Counted from the stretch's first letter, positions 26,828-40,870 are shown. The stretch is 64,000 nt of DNA from Octopus sinensis (GCF_006345805.1 NC_043003.1:73346001-73410000), one strand, 5' to 3'. Made by a program: numbers and translations. Notes: generated by a model from the sequence alone, not told the origin.

Positions 26828-27054
26828 ATATAATATATATATATATATATCGTCGTCAGTTGTTTACATTTTATGTTGTTTGTTCGTTAGAATCTCTTAC
26901 CCTCAGAAATTTTATAATTTTAACATTTCTAAATGCTGCTTTCCTATGAAGTTTTCCTCTATTGTCAAAAGCACGAAAATGAGCGTAATATCACATACGT
27001 ATATATATAATATATATATATAGAGAGAGAGAGAGGAGAAAGAGAGATAGAGAA

Positions 27055-27109
<55 letters not shown>

Positions 27110-28016
27110 TATGCATATATATTCATACAAGTATACATACAGACACACAACTATGCTCAAGCACATTCATACATGAACTTATTTGCTATACATGTTGTGT
27201 GTATGTGTGTGTGTGTGTGTGTGCGTGTCACATACTGTGACTGTATTTGGACGTTTCTCCACCTCCTAAGGAAACCTCCAAGCGACTTGGCCTCGGGTGG
27301 TTTTAATGTCACTGATGCAATTTTTTGTGCTGAAACAGAATTATTTCGAAGACAACGTTTGTAAGCTACATTTTGTCCTCGGACGTGGTCCCCTACCACC
27401 AGTTGCCTACGCCGAGTCATCTTCGTTCAGAGTTTTGTACAACCGAAGGATAATCTCCATTCCGAATCGATATACTCAGTTAATCCAGTAAATTCTCTGC
27501 ATTTGATTCCACTATCCACCAGAATTTCACAATTTATTTTGTAAGTTGTACTGGACTTACCGCTTTTGTGAAATTTCTTTGCTGAAAAAATATATATGTA
27601 TAAACTTACTGTTGACAAAGGCTGCGTGGCGTTCAATTATTAAATAAATGAAAAATGCACATTAAGAACAGGACATCAGCAACGAATGAAAAATACGTAA
27701 GTATCCATAACATAGACACGTGCCACGCCATCAATACAACTAAAGAAAAACTCATCAACAGAATTTCAAGTACAACACACATTTTCATATACTCAGTGGT
27801 TAGTACTACCACGTATATGCACGACAGACAGCAAGGATGCGGTGAACGCCGAATATCTGAGCTTATGGAACGCAGAAACACTATTTATATATCACCTGAT
27901 TAAACACAAGATCTCACATAACCCGCGAAATTGGGAGAACTACGTTCCTTGGAAACAATTGAAGTGATTACAAATAAATGTTCCTCTGTATTCCTTCTGT
28001 TGACTCCAGATTATTC

Positions 28017-28058
<42 letters not shown>

Positions 28059-28107
28059 ATGTATATATAATATATGTATATATATATATGTATATATATA
28101 TATATGT

Positions 28108-28170
<63 letters not shown>

Positions 28171-28830
28171 CACCACCACATACAAATACATAAATATTAT
28201 ATACCTATGTATATAGACATACATATATACATAAATCCACACGTACATACACACATGTACAGAGGGAAAAAAGAGAGGAGACACATAAAGAGGTAGAAAG
28301 CATACATACGTATGTACATAAAGCATACGTATGCACATACATAAATAGTTAGATACATACGTAAATAGATAGGGATATAAGAATTAAAAATATGACAACC
28401 TTTGATATTAGTGTATTTCCTGATATTTAGTATTGTAAATGGAAGAGAAAAACCGAGTTAGATATATAAAATCTATAGGATATATAACTGAAGGGAGAGC
28501 AAGGAGTAAAAGACGTACATAAGAGAAGAGTGGGGGGAAGAAAGTGAATGGGTATAATATCAAGAGGCTTTCGACAGAGAAGAGGCGATATACATACATG
28601 CTTATATCACACTTTATATATAAAAATTTATAATACATACACAATACACATGCATATGTGTGCATATATATATATATATATTGTTTATATATATATATAT
28701 ATAATATATATATAGATTTTATAGATATATATATATATATATTTATATACATATATATATCCATGTATATATATGTATATATATATAATATATATATGCA
28801 TGTATGTATTGTATGTGGTATGTATATATA

Positions 28831-28885
<55 letters not shown>

Positions 28886-29343
28886 TTATAAACCTGTTGT
28901 TAGAGAGACGCTGGTATGTGACATAGTGTCACAGAAAAAGTTATATATGGGAATGAGTAATTAGAGAAACTAAAGAAATAAAGAGAAAACAAGCTCACAC
29001 CCAGAGAAATATATTCGCCCATAAGACACACATTCACATATATACAGAGTGTAATAGCACGATGTATGAGACGACGGATAATATAATAACAGAAAAACAG
29101 AATAAGAAAAGTGTTATGAACAAAAATAGAGATCGGATACACCATTAATTTTACGAGATGACTTGTGATTCAGTTTTGTGAGCCAATGTAAAAAAAAAAA
29201 AAAAAAAAATCCGAAACCACGATGAGAAAATAAAATAAAAATATATAAAGCACGATTTCCTAATGTTAAATGAATATGTGTGTGAGTGTGTGTCTGAGTG
29301 TGTGTGTCTGTATGTGTATGCGCACATATATGAATGTATGTGT

Positions 29344-29379
<36 letters not shown>

Positions 29380-30151
29380 CTGAAATCAAGTCCTAGAAGA
29401 GAGAGAAATAACCACCACTCTAACAACTAGCAAACATATAGGAAATCGATACTGACATCTACAATTCAAGTTTAGAAAACATGACCCTGTTACTTCACTA
29501 AGGCAATGCTGGTGAAACCTCTTAGGTGGATGCTTGAACACACATATATACACATAAATATGTGTCTGTATATATATATGTGCGTGTCTGCATATACACA
29601 AACATATTTATATATGTGTGTGTGTATGTGTTTGTGTGTGTGTGTATGTGTTTGTGTGTGTGTGTATGTGTTTGTGTGTGTGTGCGTTAGGAATAGTGTA
29701 TGTATATGTGTAAAGTAAATAGACTTCTTGTTTAAAAAAATTGTATGCCGTGAGGTGAAAATTTTCCGACGGTTCAGAAGAAAATTATATTTTGCGTCTT
29801 TAGTCAATAACAGTGTGGAAATAGTGAATTTTTTTTTTCTCTTGAAGTGTGTGGGAGGTTTGTAGTAGGCAAGGAAGTGGAAGATAATATCGTAATGGAC
29901 TGAGGTTGGTGGTCGAAAATGTATATAAAATAAAAGTAAAAGGTTCGATTATTGATCATTAAAGTAAGTGAAGGATGTTTGGTTTGAGTTAGTCAGAATT
30001 CAGAGGGTTCGTAAACAACTTTTGCATATTCATAGATCTACATATACATACGGATATTTGAAAGAATGTAAGCGCATTGATTCTGTATTACGACCTACAC
30101 ACATACACACATATATATACACTCGTGTGTGTGTATATATATATTAACATA

Positions 30152-30470
30152 TCTTGTACTTGCTTCAGTCAAGGACGTTATAATCGAACAAATCGATTAG
30201 TCTTTTATTATGCTTAGAACTTATTCTATCGGTCACTTTCACCTAACCACTAAGTTAAAGAAACATAAATACACCAACACCGATTGTAAAGTGATGCGAG
30301 ACAAACACAGACACAGAAGCGCGCGCGCACACACACACACATATACAACGGGTTTGCTTCAGTTTCTGCCTACAAAATCTACTCACAAGACTTTACTCGA
30401 TCTGTGGAGATGGTAGAAGACACCTATTCAAGGTGTCACGCAGAGGGACTGAACCCGAACCCATGTGTTG
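30152..30470 (-). mobile_element. SINE family A, diverged
   Basis: cttgcttcagtca...acttattctatcggtc...gggactgaacccgaacccatgtg. Confidence 0.7.
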
Positions 30471-30502
30471 TCAGTCTGTGGTATGTATGCATGTATGTAT
30501 GA

Positions 30503-30574
<72 letters not shown>

Positions 30575-30964
30575 AGACGTGGATATATACATGTATGTAT
30601 GTTTCTTTATAAAGGTTTCTATTTCTTTTTATTATTAATAGAATCCACACTGCTGTTGCTGTCAGAGATACATTTTCCGCCATTCTCTACTTATTTTCCG
30701 TCTTTCATCTGGCCCCCACATTCTTCAGTCTGTTCTCCCCACTTCTGTGTTACTTCTGTTGACTGCCATGGCACAATAGATTGGCCTTAACCTTATTCAT
30801 CTAGTCACCGGTCAGTTTGTGTAGCGGCACTCTCTGAACACGTATAAAAGATAGTAACATTTATTGGACAATACGTATCATCTCATATTGCTAATGAATT
30901 TTGACAAAAGTATTTAAAAACACACACTCTCTCTCTCTCGCACACACACACACACACACACACA

Positions 30965-31090
30965 TCGTGGTAAGTTTGCTTCTCAACCACATGTTTCCCG
31001 TTTCAGTCCTACTGAAACAATTGCGAGTGGATTTGGTAGCCTTGTGAGTAGATTTGTTACAGAGAAACTAAAAGAAGCCCGTAGCATATA
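30965..31090 (+). mobile_element. SINE family A head fragment
   Basis: gtggtaagtttgcttctcaaccacatg...gagtggatttggtag...aagaagcccgt. Confidence 0.6.
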
Positions 31091-31129
31091 TATATATACA
31101 TACATACGTACATATAATTTTTAAAAAAT

Positions 31130-31268
31130 GGAGAATACATAGAGTAGTCAATTTACTGTCATATCGCCAGTCAAATTACTAAGTTTATTCATATTGACTG
31201 GACTATAAACTTATTGATTTCACTGGACTGTGATAATAACTTGATTACCATGTGTATGTATTCTCCGT
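31130..31268. mobile_element. Small degenerate MITE
   Basis: ggagaatacata ... tatgtattctcc terminal inverted repeat; inner ccagtcaaat / atttcactgg. Confidence 0.4.
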
Positions 31269-31640
31269 TTGAATATTTGAATTTTTAGACTTTTTTCTCC
31301 GATATCGAAAATGATGGAAATATCCATAGCGACAACTGGAATTTCAGAGGTGTAATGTACTAATATTGAAGAGGAACCAATAACAAACACTAATACTTAA
31401 ACACGTGAAAATTTTAATCGATATTAATGCAAAACTGGTGTATGCTTGGATAATATGTCCATAAGAAAGAACAACTTATTTATTTATAGAGTTATATATA
31501 TATAAAAGCGGTGAGGACCGAAATCCTTCAATTTTTTCCTTTCCTTATGCTTCATATATATATACTATATATTATCTATATATATATGAAGTATATATAC
31601 ATAATACAAACATACATATAAAGGTATATATATAATATAT

Positions 31641-31679
<39 letters not shown>

Positions 31680-31725
31680 CATTATATATATATGAAGTAT
31701 ATATACATAATACAAACATACATAT

Positions 31726-31769
<44 letters not shown>

Positions 31770-31792
31770 ATATATCTATATCTATATATATA

Positions 31793-31844
<52 letters not shown>

Positions 31845-31887
31845 AATCATATATATATATATATATATATATATTTTATTATGTACA

Positions 31888-31945
31888 ATCCTACTGATGA
31901 GGTAGAGTATATTTTTATAGAGAGCCAGAAATCCGGATCTCGGAT
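31888..31945 (+). ncRNA. Candidate minimal type I hammerhead ribozyme in a Penelope-like end
   Basis: atccta-CTGATGA(31894)-gg...cc a-GAAA(31928)-TCCGGA-TC(31939)-tcggat; helix I pairs 5/6, helix III is palindromic. Confidence 0.55.
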
Positions 31946-32310
31946 CATCCAATCAGTTTTTTGCTAGTTCATTTGTCTATTTGTTTTGACTGCTATCTTT
32001 AGCATGGTGGTATCTTTTAATAATAATTATTACCTATAAGGTTTTTATTCCCATACTGGCCAGTTGATATGATCGGTATTTTTAATAATGATTTTATACT
32101 TATATATATATATAGAAAAAATTATATATATCTGTTATTATTAGAGTCAAACCTATGCACCTGCTTTTCGATTCCTCACCTGTCTTTGTCTTTTGTTTCT
32201 TGTAAATTTGAATTTCATATATACATGCATATATACACACATATGTGCATACATATATACATATATATATATATTGTTATATTTCGGAATGGTCATATAT
32301 ATTTTTGAGT

Positions 32311-32359
<49 letters not shown>

Positions 32360-32529
32360 TGTGTGTGTTGTCTGCGTCTGTGTCTGTGTTGCAGCGGAAA
32401 TTAGCAGATCTAGTGTCAGAATCCTCGAAGCGGCCTTGGGGCGGTTACTTCCTCTGTCGGCATGTTTGCATAAGTTATGCACTGTTCCTACAGCATTCAG
32501 AGTATTTTAATTCTTATTTCTAGCAATGT

Positions 32530-32650
32530 AGGTGCTCCGGCATCCTAAGTCACACTTGAAAAAATAATAAGTTCTGAGGTCAATTTGTTCAACTAAAATT
32601 CTTCAAGCTGATGTCTCAGCATAATCGCAGTCTAGTAGGTGAAACAAGCA
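32530..32650 (+). mobile_element. SINE tail fragment
   Basis: aataagttctgaggtcaatttgttcaactaaa...tctcagcataatcgcagtc...gaaacaagcagaag resembles the family A tail. Confidence 0.45.
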
Positions 32651-32679
32651 GAAGATAATATATATATATATATATAAAT

Positions 32680-33027
32680 TAATAATGAAATATTAGGGAA
32701 TAAATCCAAACTTACAGGGAAAAATCAGATTTAGGATTGAATCCAATTTTATAGTAAAATATTATATCATATTAAATTAGAGATAAAACCACTATTAGGC
32801 AAATCATACAATGAAAAACTTAAGCCAATACATAAGATTAATTAATTTATATTATTTTAAATATATATCAAAATTATTAAAAAAAAAAAACCCACGTAGT
32901 GTTATGCTCATTATCTTTTTTTAATAATTTTTGATATATATTTAAAATAATATAAATTAATTAATCTTATGTATTGGCTTAAGTTTTTCATTGTATGATT
33001 TGCCTAATAGTGGTTTTATCTCTAATT
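32680..33027. repeat. Probable Penelope-like end with ~112 bp palindrome
   Basis: 32775-32888 and 32916-33027 are reverse complements with a 25-bp spacer; the PLE origin is recalled, not checked. Confidence 0.75.
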
Positions 33028-33043
33028 CAATAATATATATATA

Positions 33044-33124
<81 letters not shown>

Positions 33125-33395
33125 GTGTGTATGTATGTATATATAATGTCTATATTTGTATATAGATATATATTTTTATTAATATTTAAAAGAAGCAACA
33201 GAATGAATATCTTCAATCTTTGTCGCTATCTAGTTGCATGTATATATGAATGTATATTTTATATATCTAGCCCAAGCGTTTTATTTCTTTATATACATCA
33301 TATAATCTTTCTCTCTTTCTCCTCTCTTTGTTTGTATGTATGCTGTCTGTCTTTCCGTTCTCTCTCTCACCACTCGCTCTCCCCCTCTCTATCGT

Positions 33396-33461
<66 letters not shown>

Positions 33462-33505
33462 TATGTATGTGTGTGTGTGTGTGTGTGTATAATCACCGTT
33501 AGTTA

Positions 33506-33893
33506 TTTTTTACTTGTGGCAGTCATTCAACTGCAGTCATACTCGGGCACTGCCTTGAGTCTTTAGTTGAATGTATCGACCGAATGCATTATTGTTTTAG
33601 AGCCTGTTACTTATTCCATTGTCTCTAAAGCCGAACCGCTAGTTTAGGAGAAAGTAAACATCACCACAGAGGAATCAACGTAAGTTTAAATAATAAACCG
33701 CGATAGTTGAACCGAGATATAGTGGGATTATATATATATACATATGCACACATACGATGGGTCTCTTTCAGCTTCCGTCTACCCATTCTACTCATAAGGA
33801 TTTGGTGGGGCCGAGGCTATAGCAGAGGTTTCTTGCACGAGTGGGGCTAAACTAGAATCCATATGGTTGGGAAGCAAGCTTCTTACCAAACAG
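33506..33893 (-). mobile_element. SINE family A, diverged
   Basis: ttttacttgtggcagtcatt...gggccgaggctatagcagag...ggttgggaagcaagcttcttacc. Confidence 0.7.
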
Positions 33894-34514
33894 TTAATGA
33901 ATGACTATTATGGGGACAAGAATTTCGTTCAAACTGTCAATACATTAGTTGTAGACGTCAACAAATTGAGAATCTACAACAAACTGTATTCGAGGAAAAG
34001 ATAGACAGAAATTGTTTCACCCACTTCTAAATCTTATTAGCATTATATATGAATGAACTCGCATGTGTGCACACAAAACATACGCCTACATAGATATATA
34101 CTTGGATGCAGGCACTACATGGACATAAAAAAGAGAAATCATTTGTGTGTGTGTGTGAATTTCTGCCTATGTGTGTGCGCGCGCGTGTGTGTGTCTTTGA
34201 GCTTGTAAAAGCAGACAGTAGACAAAAGGGAAGGGGGGATAAAAAGAAAAGATAGCAAAATGTCAGCGTTCATTTTTTCCGATACCTGATCGGGAAAATA
34301 TAAAGACAGATGCTTCAAAACTACACTAGGAATATACATAAAAGTCTTAATATTCAATTTTTATATTTTCAGTACCTACTTTCATATAAAATACACGTTT
34401 CATCTCTGCAAATTGTGTATTTTCAAAAGGTTACGAAGGAATGTAGTCAGGCTACCTGAGTTGCTCTTAAAACACATGAAAATGAAGTTTTCAAGATTGT
34501 CCAATTATTTCACA

Positions 34515-34553
<39 letters not shown>

Positions 34554-35079
34554 AATATAAATATACGTGTACAAATATAGGCTGAATGATAAACTGATAT
34601 GTATAGATATAGATATGTGAGTACGTGCGTTTGTGTGTGTTTGTATATAAATGTGTATATGTATGTGTGTGCGTACGTGTGTGTAAGTGTGCGTATGTGT
34701 GAGTGTGTGTGTATGTGACTATGTGATTGTGCAGAAATAAATATGAATGTGTATTTATACACACACACACACACAAGCACACGCACACACACATATATAT
34801 GGCATATATATATATATATATGTCATATACACACAGAAATTGACGTATATATGTGTGCGTATATTTGTTTCGTGTGTGTGTTTGTATGCATGTGGATGTG
34901 TATGTATGTGTCCTTATCCGTTAGTTCTTGCTATGTCTGTATGCATTTATCAGTGTGTTCGCAACTAAGATCTCTGTTATCAATAAGCTGTTACTGTAAA
35001 ACGTTAGTTAGGCCAGGAAGTGTTAGGGTGAATTTAACAATTCTGTTTGATCAAGTGAAATCACTAGGTTTTATTACAG

Positions 35080-35544
35080 TTTGGCACAAACTATAACGAT
35101 CAACGCCACCTCTACCACCACCACCACCGCCACATCCACCACCACCACTGTCGCCACCAACAACACCACTACCATACTACCTCTTAACTCCGCCATCATA
35201 GTTATTATTGCCACTACCAATACGACAGCTACCGCCACAACTGATGTTACTGATATTATTACAATCAATAGACATAACGACCACCAGCAGCAATAAACAC
35301 CACGACGACGACCACCACCACTGTCAATATCACCACTATCGCCATGATTATCATCATCGTAATCATAGTTATCATCATAATCATCATCATCATCATCGTC
35401 GTCGTGGTCGTCTTCGTCGTCGTCGTCGTCTTCATTATCATATTCAACATCACTATCATCGTCGTTGCCGTCATCATCATCATCATCATCATCATCACCG
35501 CCGCCACCACCACCACCACCACCACCACCACCATGATCATCATC

Positions 35545-35605
<61 letters not shown>

Positions 35606-35771
35606 CAACCTCCACCATCATCTTCATCCTCTTCATCATCATCACCATCATAGTCGTCATCGTCGTCATCATCATCATCACCATCACCATCACCATCATC
35701 GTCATCATCATCATCATCATCATCATCACCATCATAGTCGTCATCATCATCATCATCATCATCACCATCAC

Positions 35772-35806
<35 letters not shown>

Positions 35807-36150
35807 ATTCGCTACCGACCAAACAAATGCTACCTTCTTCACCGCCAATAAAACTATCACCGACGATTCCTACCGTCACCACGACAACCCCCTCTCTTAC
35901 AATCACCGACCACACCAGAACAGAATCACTATCTCATCAACGAGAATCATAACTATAACTTTCTCTCCGCCACTGATGTCTCCACAGGCACCAGTCGCAA
36001 AAGCGCCAAACCTTACCCGACCACCACTACAAAAGCCACTCCAACTGTCACCACCACCGTCGTTGCCAGCAATACCAAAACAAACACAATCATCACCACC
36101 CACGCCAACACCTCTATCATTTGAACCATTGCTACCGCCAGTACTGTTAC
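35080..36150. repeat. Long (CAT)n/(CAC)n/(CGT)n trinucleotide region
   Basis: Seen directly; long open frames on both strands because these repeats lack stop codons. Confidence 0.95.
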
Positions 36151-36490
36151 CAACACATCACATAGTTTATGGTTCATTAGCCAGCATCAAAGTAACATAC
36201 AGATGTAATACTCGTTCCTATCTCTCTATATATATCTACCCCTCACATTCTCTCTCTTACACACTCTCTCTCATTTTCACACGCACACACACATGCAGAC
36301 TCACGCACACTAACACGCACGCACTCTCTCTCTCTCTCTCTCTCTCTCTCACATATACGTACACAATATCTCTGCCTTATTATCTCTGAATACATATAAG
36401 CACATACATACACACTCACACATACATACGTCATACATATATATATATTTATATATATCTACATCTATCTACACACACACACACACACAC

Positions 36491-36529
<39 letters not shown>

Positions 36530-36763
36530 CACGCTCATACATAAGCATATACTTAAATCTATCTAGCTTTATATGTATTTGCATACACACAAGTATGTAA
36601 GTATGTACATACATTCTCACACATATGAGTAAATATAAAATCTATATAATTTCTATGTATCTACGTATATATAAATACATAGATATAATATATCTCTCTT
36701 TCTTTCACTCAGTCTCTGTCTCTGTTTCTCTTTCTCTCTCTCATATAACTCACGTAACACACC

Positions 36764-37595
36764 CTTCTATTTGCCGATGATGTCAAACTGGTCGCTCCTC
36801 GCAGTGATATAGAGGATCTTCGTCGATGCCTCCACCAAGTTTGGAGATGGTCTAACGAATGGGACCTGAGTCTGAACGTATCAAAGTCCTGTCATCTGGC
36901 TGTTGGCTCTTCTCCTGCAACTCAACTTGATTTCGAGCCGGAGAGGACCGATCAGGTAAAGGACCTGGGTATCTTGGTGGATTCTTCCTTTTCGCCCTCG
37001 GCCCAGTGCGTTCATGCTGCCAACAAAGCACGCAGAGTTCTGTTTTTGATTCGACGGTCATTCGGAATGCTCACAGCAGCCATATTCCCACCGCTCTATG
37101 TCACGCTGGTGAGACCTATATTGGAGTACGGGATTCAAGCCTCTTCTCCTTATCTCCTCAAAGACATACATCATATCGAATGATCCAGAAGCTGACTACC
37201 CGCGTGGTTCTTGGTCTCAAGCATTTGTCTTATGAAGAAAGGCTGAAGACGCTCGGCCTTTATTCTCTAGAAAAACGACGACGCCGTGGTGATCTCATTT
37301 TTGCTCACAATATCATAAGCGGAAAGTGTAACCTCACGAAAGAGCTGTTCTTCACTCCTGCTCCAGAACGTCAGCTGCGGAGCCACTCCGAAAAGCTCTG
37401 TCTGTGACGATTTCATCTCAATCGAAGGAGAGCTGCCGGATGAGATAGTGAAGATGCCGACGACCGTTCGGTTCAAAGTCTCCCTTGACCACAAACGGCC
37501 TGAACTCTTTGCATGAACACCATCCTGTACATAACTCCATGTCCCCCTACATAGCCTTGCTTTTTGCTTTTTGAGCCAAAAAAACTAACTTAACT
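36764..37595 (+). mobile_element. CR1-clade LINE 3' end (RT C-half), 5'-truncated
   Basis: LLFADDVKL...VKDLGILVDS...VRPILEYG...LSYEERLKTLGLYSLEKRRRRGDLI; tail ctaacttaact. Confidence 0.9.
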
Positions 37596-37671
37596 ATATA
37601 TATATAATATATATATATTATATAGATAACATGTATACATATGCATATATATATATATATATAATATATAT

Positions 37672-37689
<18 letters not shown>

Positions 37690-37703
<14 letters not shown>

Positions 37704-39099
37704 AAACTGAGAATGTGTGTCTGTCTGTGTGTTTCCCTAAAACTTGAGAACTACACAAATTTTACACATGCCTTACTTAGGGTCCATGTAGTGTCATGGG
37801 CAAAAAAAAAATGTAGGGCGAGCCCATAGCAATATCATATCTTCTCCACTATTTCAGTATTACGTGTTAAAAGTGAAACAAAACATTTCTCTATTTTATG
37901 TCAGATACTTTCACTTTAACAATAAAAATTAGAGATAATAATAACAATTGAATTATATGTAGGAAGTAATAATTAAAATCAAACTAAAGTATAATATAAT
38001 CGTAACATAACAAAAGTAAAAATAGCAGTTGGTATAACATTACATCAATGACTTGAACTTGAATATGTGGTCTCACATGAATGGGAATAAATTAAAAATA
38101 AAATTAGCGTGCAGAAATGGAATAGTCCAGATGAACTATTATGAATAAAGGACTATAGCTTCAACTGCGTACTGATTTTTGATTCACCTTAAGGTTTGTT
38201 GTTATTATTACTGTTTAACTATTGTTATCACGTTTGTTGGTTCCTCGTAAGAGAAACGTTGTTGTGTTGCATTTGTTAAATAATTGTAAATTGTAACCCT
38301 CCCCCTTTGGGAGAAGGAGCTTTGGTTACTGCTTAAAAATTGAATTGTGTCCCTGTTTGTGGAAATTGACAATATTTTCACCGTTTACACGGAAGCATTT
38401 TTGTTAGAATGTCTTCAATAGAAGAAAGTTCAAAAATGAATTTCGCTGCAGCCGTCGGCGGGCGCGAACTCATTAAAATTAAATGGAAGAAATACAAACC
38501 TATTTCGGATTGCTCACCGACAAAGACGGTGAATCTAGGATAACACTACCAAACGAAATAAAAAATTAGATTAGAGAAAAGACTATTGTCTATAAAGTAT
38601 ACAATCTAGAGAAAAAAAAAAGATTTGAACACCTGGAGGAAAGCACCATCGAAAAGTGTCTTGGTGCGACTATGAAAAATATCTAACCAGAGGCGATAAA
38701 TTCGCCACAATAGCAAGGTTCGAGTCAACCGAGCGTCGAAGGGAGTACTCGACTCAAACCTTGCAAAGTGGAAATATTTTATTTCCACCTTTATATCTGG
38801 GACGTAGGACGTCACGGATAAATATTTAAAATGTCCCCCCAGAAGTAGAGGTAGGCTGGATTGTAGCAACACTTCTATACAAGATGGAGGACAAGATACA
38901 ATTGATTGAAATTGCAAGAGACGGGCCTACAATTCCAATCTGGTATATATTTTGAGTATTGTTATCACTAGCGATATCAACATATAACTTTGTATTTTGT
39001 ATTTTATGTGTAGATGTATATATATAGATGTACATGTAATATGTACACATATATACATGCACTAGCACTATGACTCGGCAACGACGGCTTATAATGCTA

Positions 39100-39140
<41 letters not shown>

Positions 39141-39185
39141 ATCTATACCATTTTAATACTGAGCAACGCCGGATATCTCTGCTAG
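37690..39185 (+). mobile_element. Non-autonomous Helitron with internal cargo
   Basis: 5' atatataaaactgagaatgtgtgtctgtct; 3' ctgagcaacgccggatatctctgCTAG; the 5' part is homologous to 40212-40620. Confidence 0.7.
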
Positions 39186-40044
39186 CATGTAATATACTAT
39201 AAAAATATAATCTATGTAACACCAATTTAAAAAAAAATTATATACAACAGTTGATTTACAAAAACTTTTATATACACAAATCTCGTCAGGCCCTTGGTTC
39301 AAAAGACAGATGAAATACCATGTAAAGGATAGTCAAATTGCAAAATATACAGATTATTTATTGAACAGTTTGTATTATTGAACAGTTTGTATTGTGACTA
39401 AACATTTGGTATTTTAAAGAGTATATTAATGTGGATATCTGAAAATGTTTTAGTGGATTAATTTATAATATTTCGAAAATATTTGTTTTGACTGTAAAAT
39501 AAAGCATTATATTCGTTGTTAAATTTAAGTAATAAATTTCAAGTACGCTATCTTCATTATACTAAATGATTATACATTTATAAATATATAAATTTATTTA
39601 TTTATTAATTAATGATGATAATAAAAAATAATTGAATATTTTTTTTATATAATGCCATATTGTGATAAAAAAATTTTATATTGCAAATATGTTTTCCCGG
39701 TTATTTTTCTCTAGCTAATTAATTTATAAATATATAAGCTTTGATTTACTCTGATAAATCGATTTAGTATACAGCTATTGCCTTAATCTAATTTCGTTCC
39801 TTCTCATAGTCTTAGTAAAAATATAAATTAAAATATTATATACTTTTATTTATAAATTATTTTCTCTCTAAGACATGATAAAGTCTATAATTATCGTAAC
39901 TCCATGTTTCTGTTTACTTTTTACGGAGTTTTCCCTCTCATAAACTGAGTAATTCGGACGTTTTACCTGTTAGTTACTTAGAATATAGTTTATATCAGTA
40001 ACAATAAATAAACATGACTAATTATATACATTATATTATATCAT

Positions 40045-40077
<33 letters not shown>

Positions 40078-40699
40078 TGATTAATCATCCATATTTGAAC
40101 GTGTATACGTATATATATTTATAGAATAACAAATATTGGATTAACATATTCTATTTCCATTAGTAATTCTACGTAAAACTTTGATAATTTATTTATTTAT
40201 TTATTTTGTTATCTATCTATATATATATAAAACTGACAATATGTCTATCTGTCTGTCTGTGTGAATCCCTATAACTTGAGAGCTATAGAACCAATTTCAT
40301 TCAAATGTTACACATGCCTTACTTAGGGTCCAAGGAGTGTCATGGGAAAACAATTTTTAAACTTCTTGCCTAGGATGAGCCCATATCAATATCATATCTT
40401 CTCCACTATGAATGCCTAAAACTTGAGAACTACACAACCAATTTCGTACCAAATTTTACACATGCCTTACTTTGGGTCCATGTATTTTACACATGCCTTA
40501 CTTTGGGTCCATGTAGTGTCATGGGCAAAAAAATGTCCAAATTCTTGCCTAGAGCGAGCCCACAGCAATATCACATATTCTCCATTATTTCAGTATTACG
40601 TGTTAAAATTGAAACAGAAGCATCTCTCTATTGTATGTAAACGGATGTATATATATATATATATATAATATATATATATATATATTATATATATATATA

Positions 40700-40870
40700 T
40701 ATATAGTTAATCCAAACAAGAAAACACAAAAAAAAACACAACGCGAGGACGTGGAACAAATAAAGTATTATTGGACGCTCAGGAAAGAAGGGAGCTCTTC
40801 GTCGGAAACATAGGAGAAGGAAAGATCCCGAGAAGGGAAGACAGAGGAAAACAATCGCCGAGGTCACATA
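40700..40870 (-). mobile_element. Penelope-like end fragment nested in Helitron
   Basis: Minus strand tttccgacgaagagctc...cctgagcgtccaataatactttatttgttccacg; similar to 44050-44165. Confidence 0.45.

Noticed and set aside
27157-27636. Two same-frame minus ORFs separated by one TGA (selenoprotein idea)
   Set aside because: No CxxU-type motif, no SECIS recognised, and both ends are low complexity
35208-36389. 393-aa poly-His ORF (possible histidine-rich structural protein)
   Set aside because: The (CAT)n region gives long open frames on both strands (poly-H, poly-I, poly-M), the ORF runs into (CA)n/(CT)n microsatellite, and there is no signal peptide or splice support
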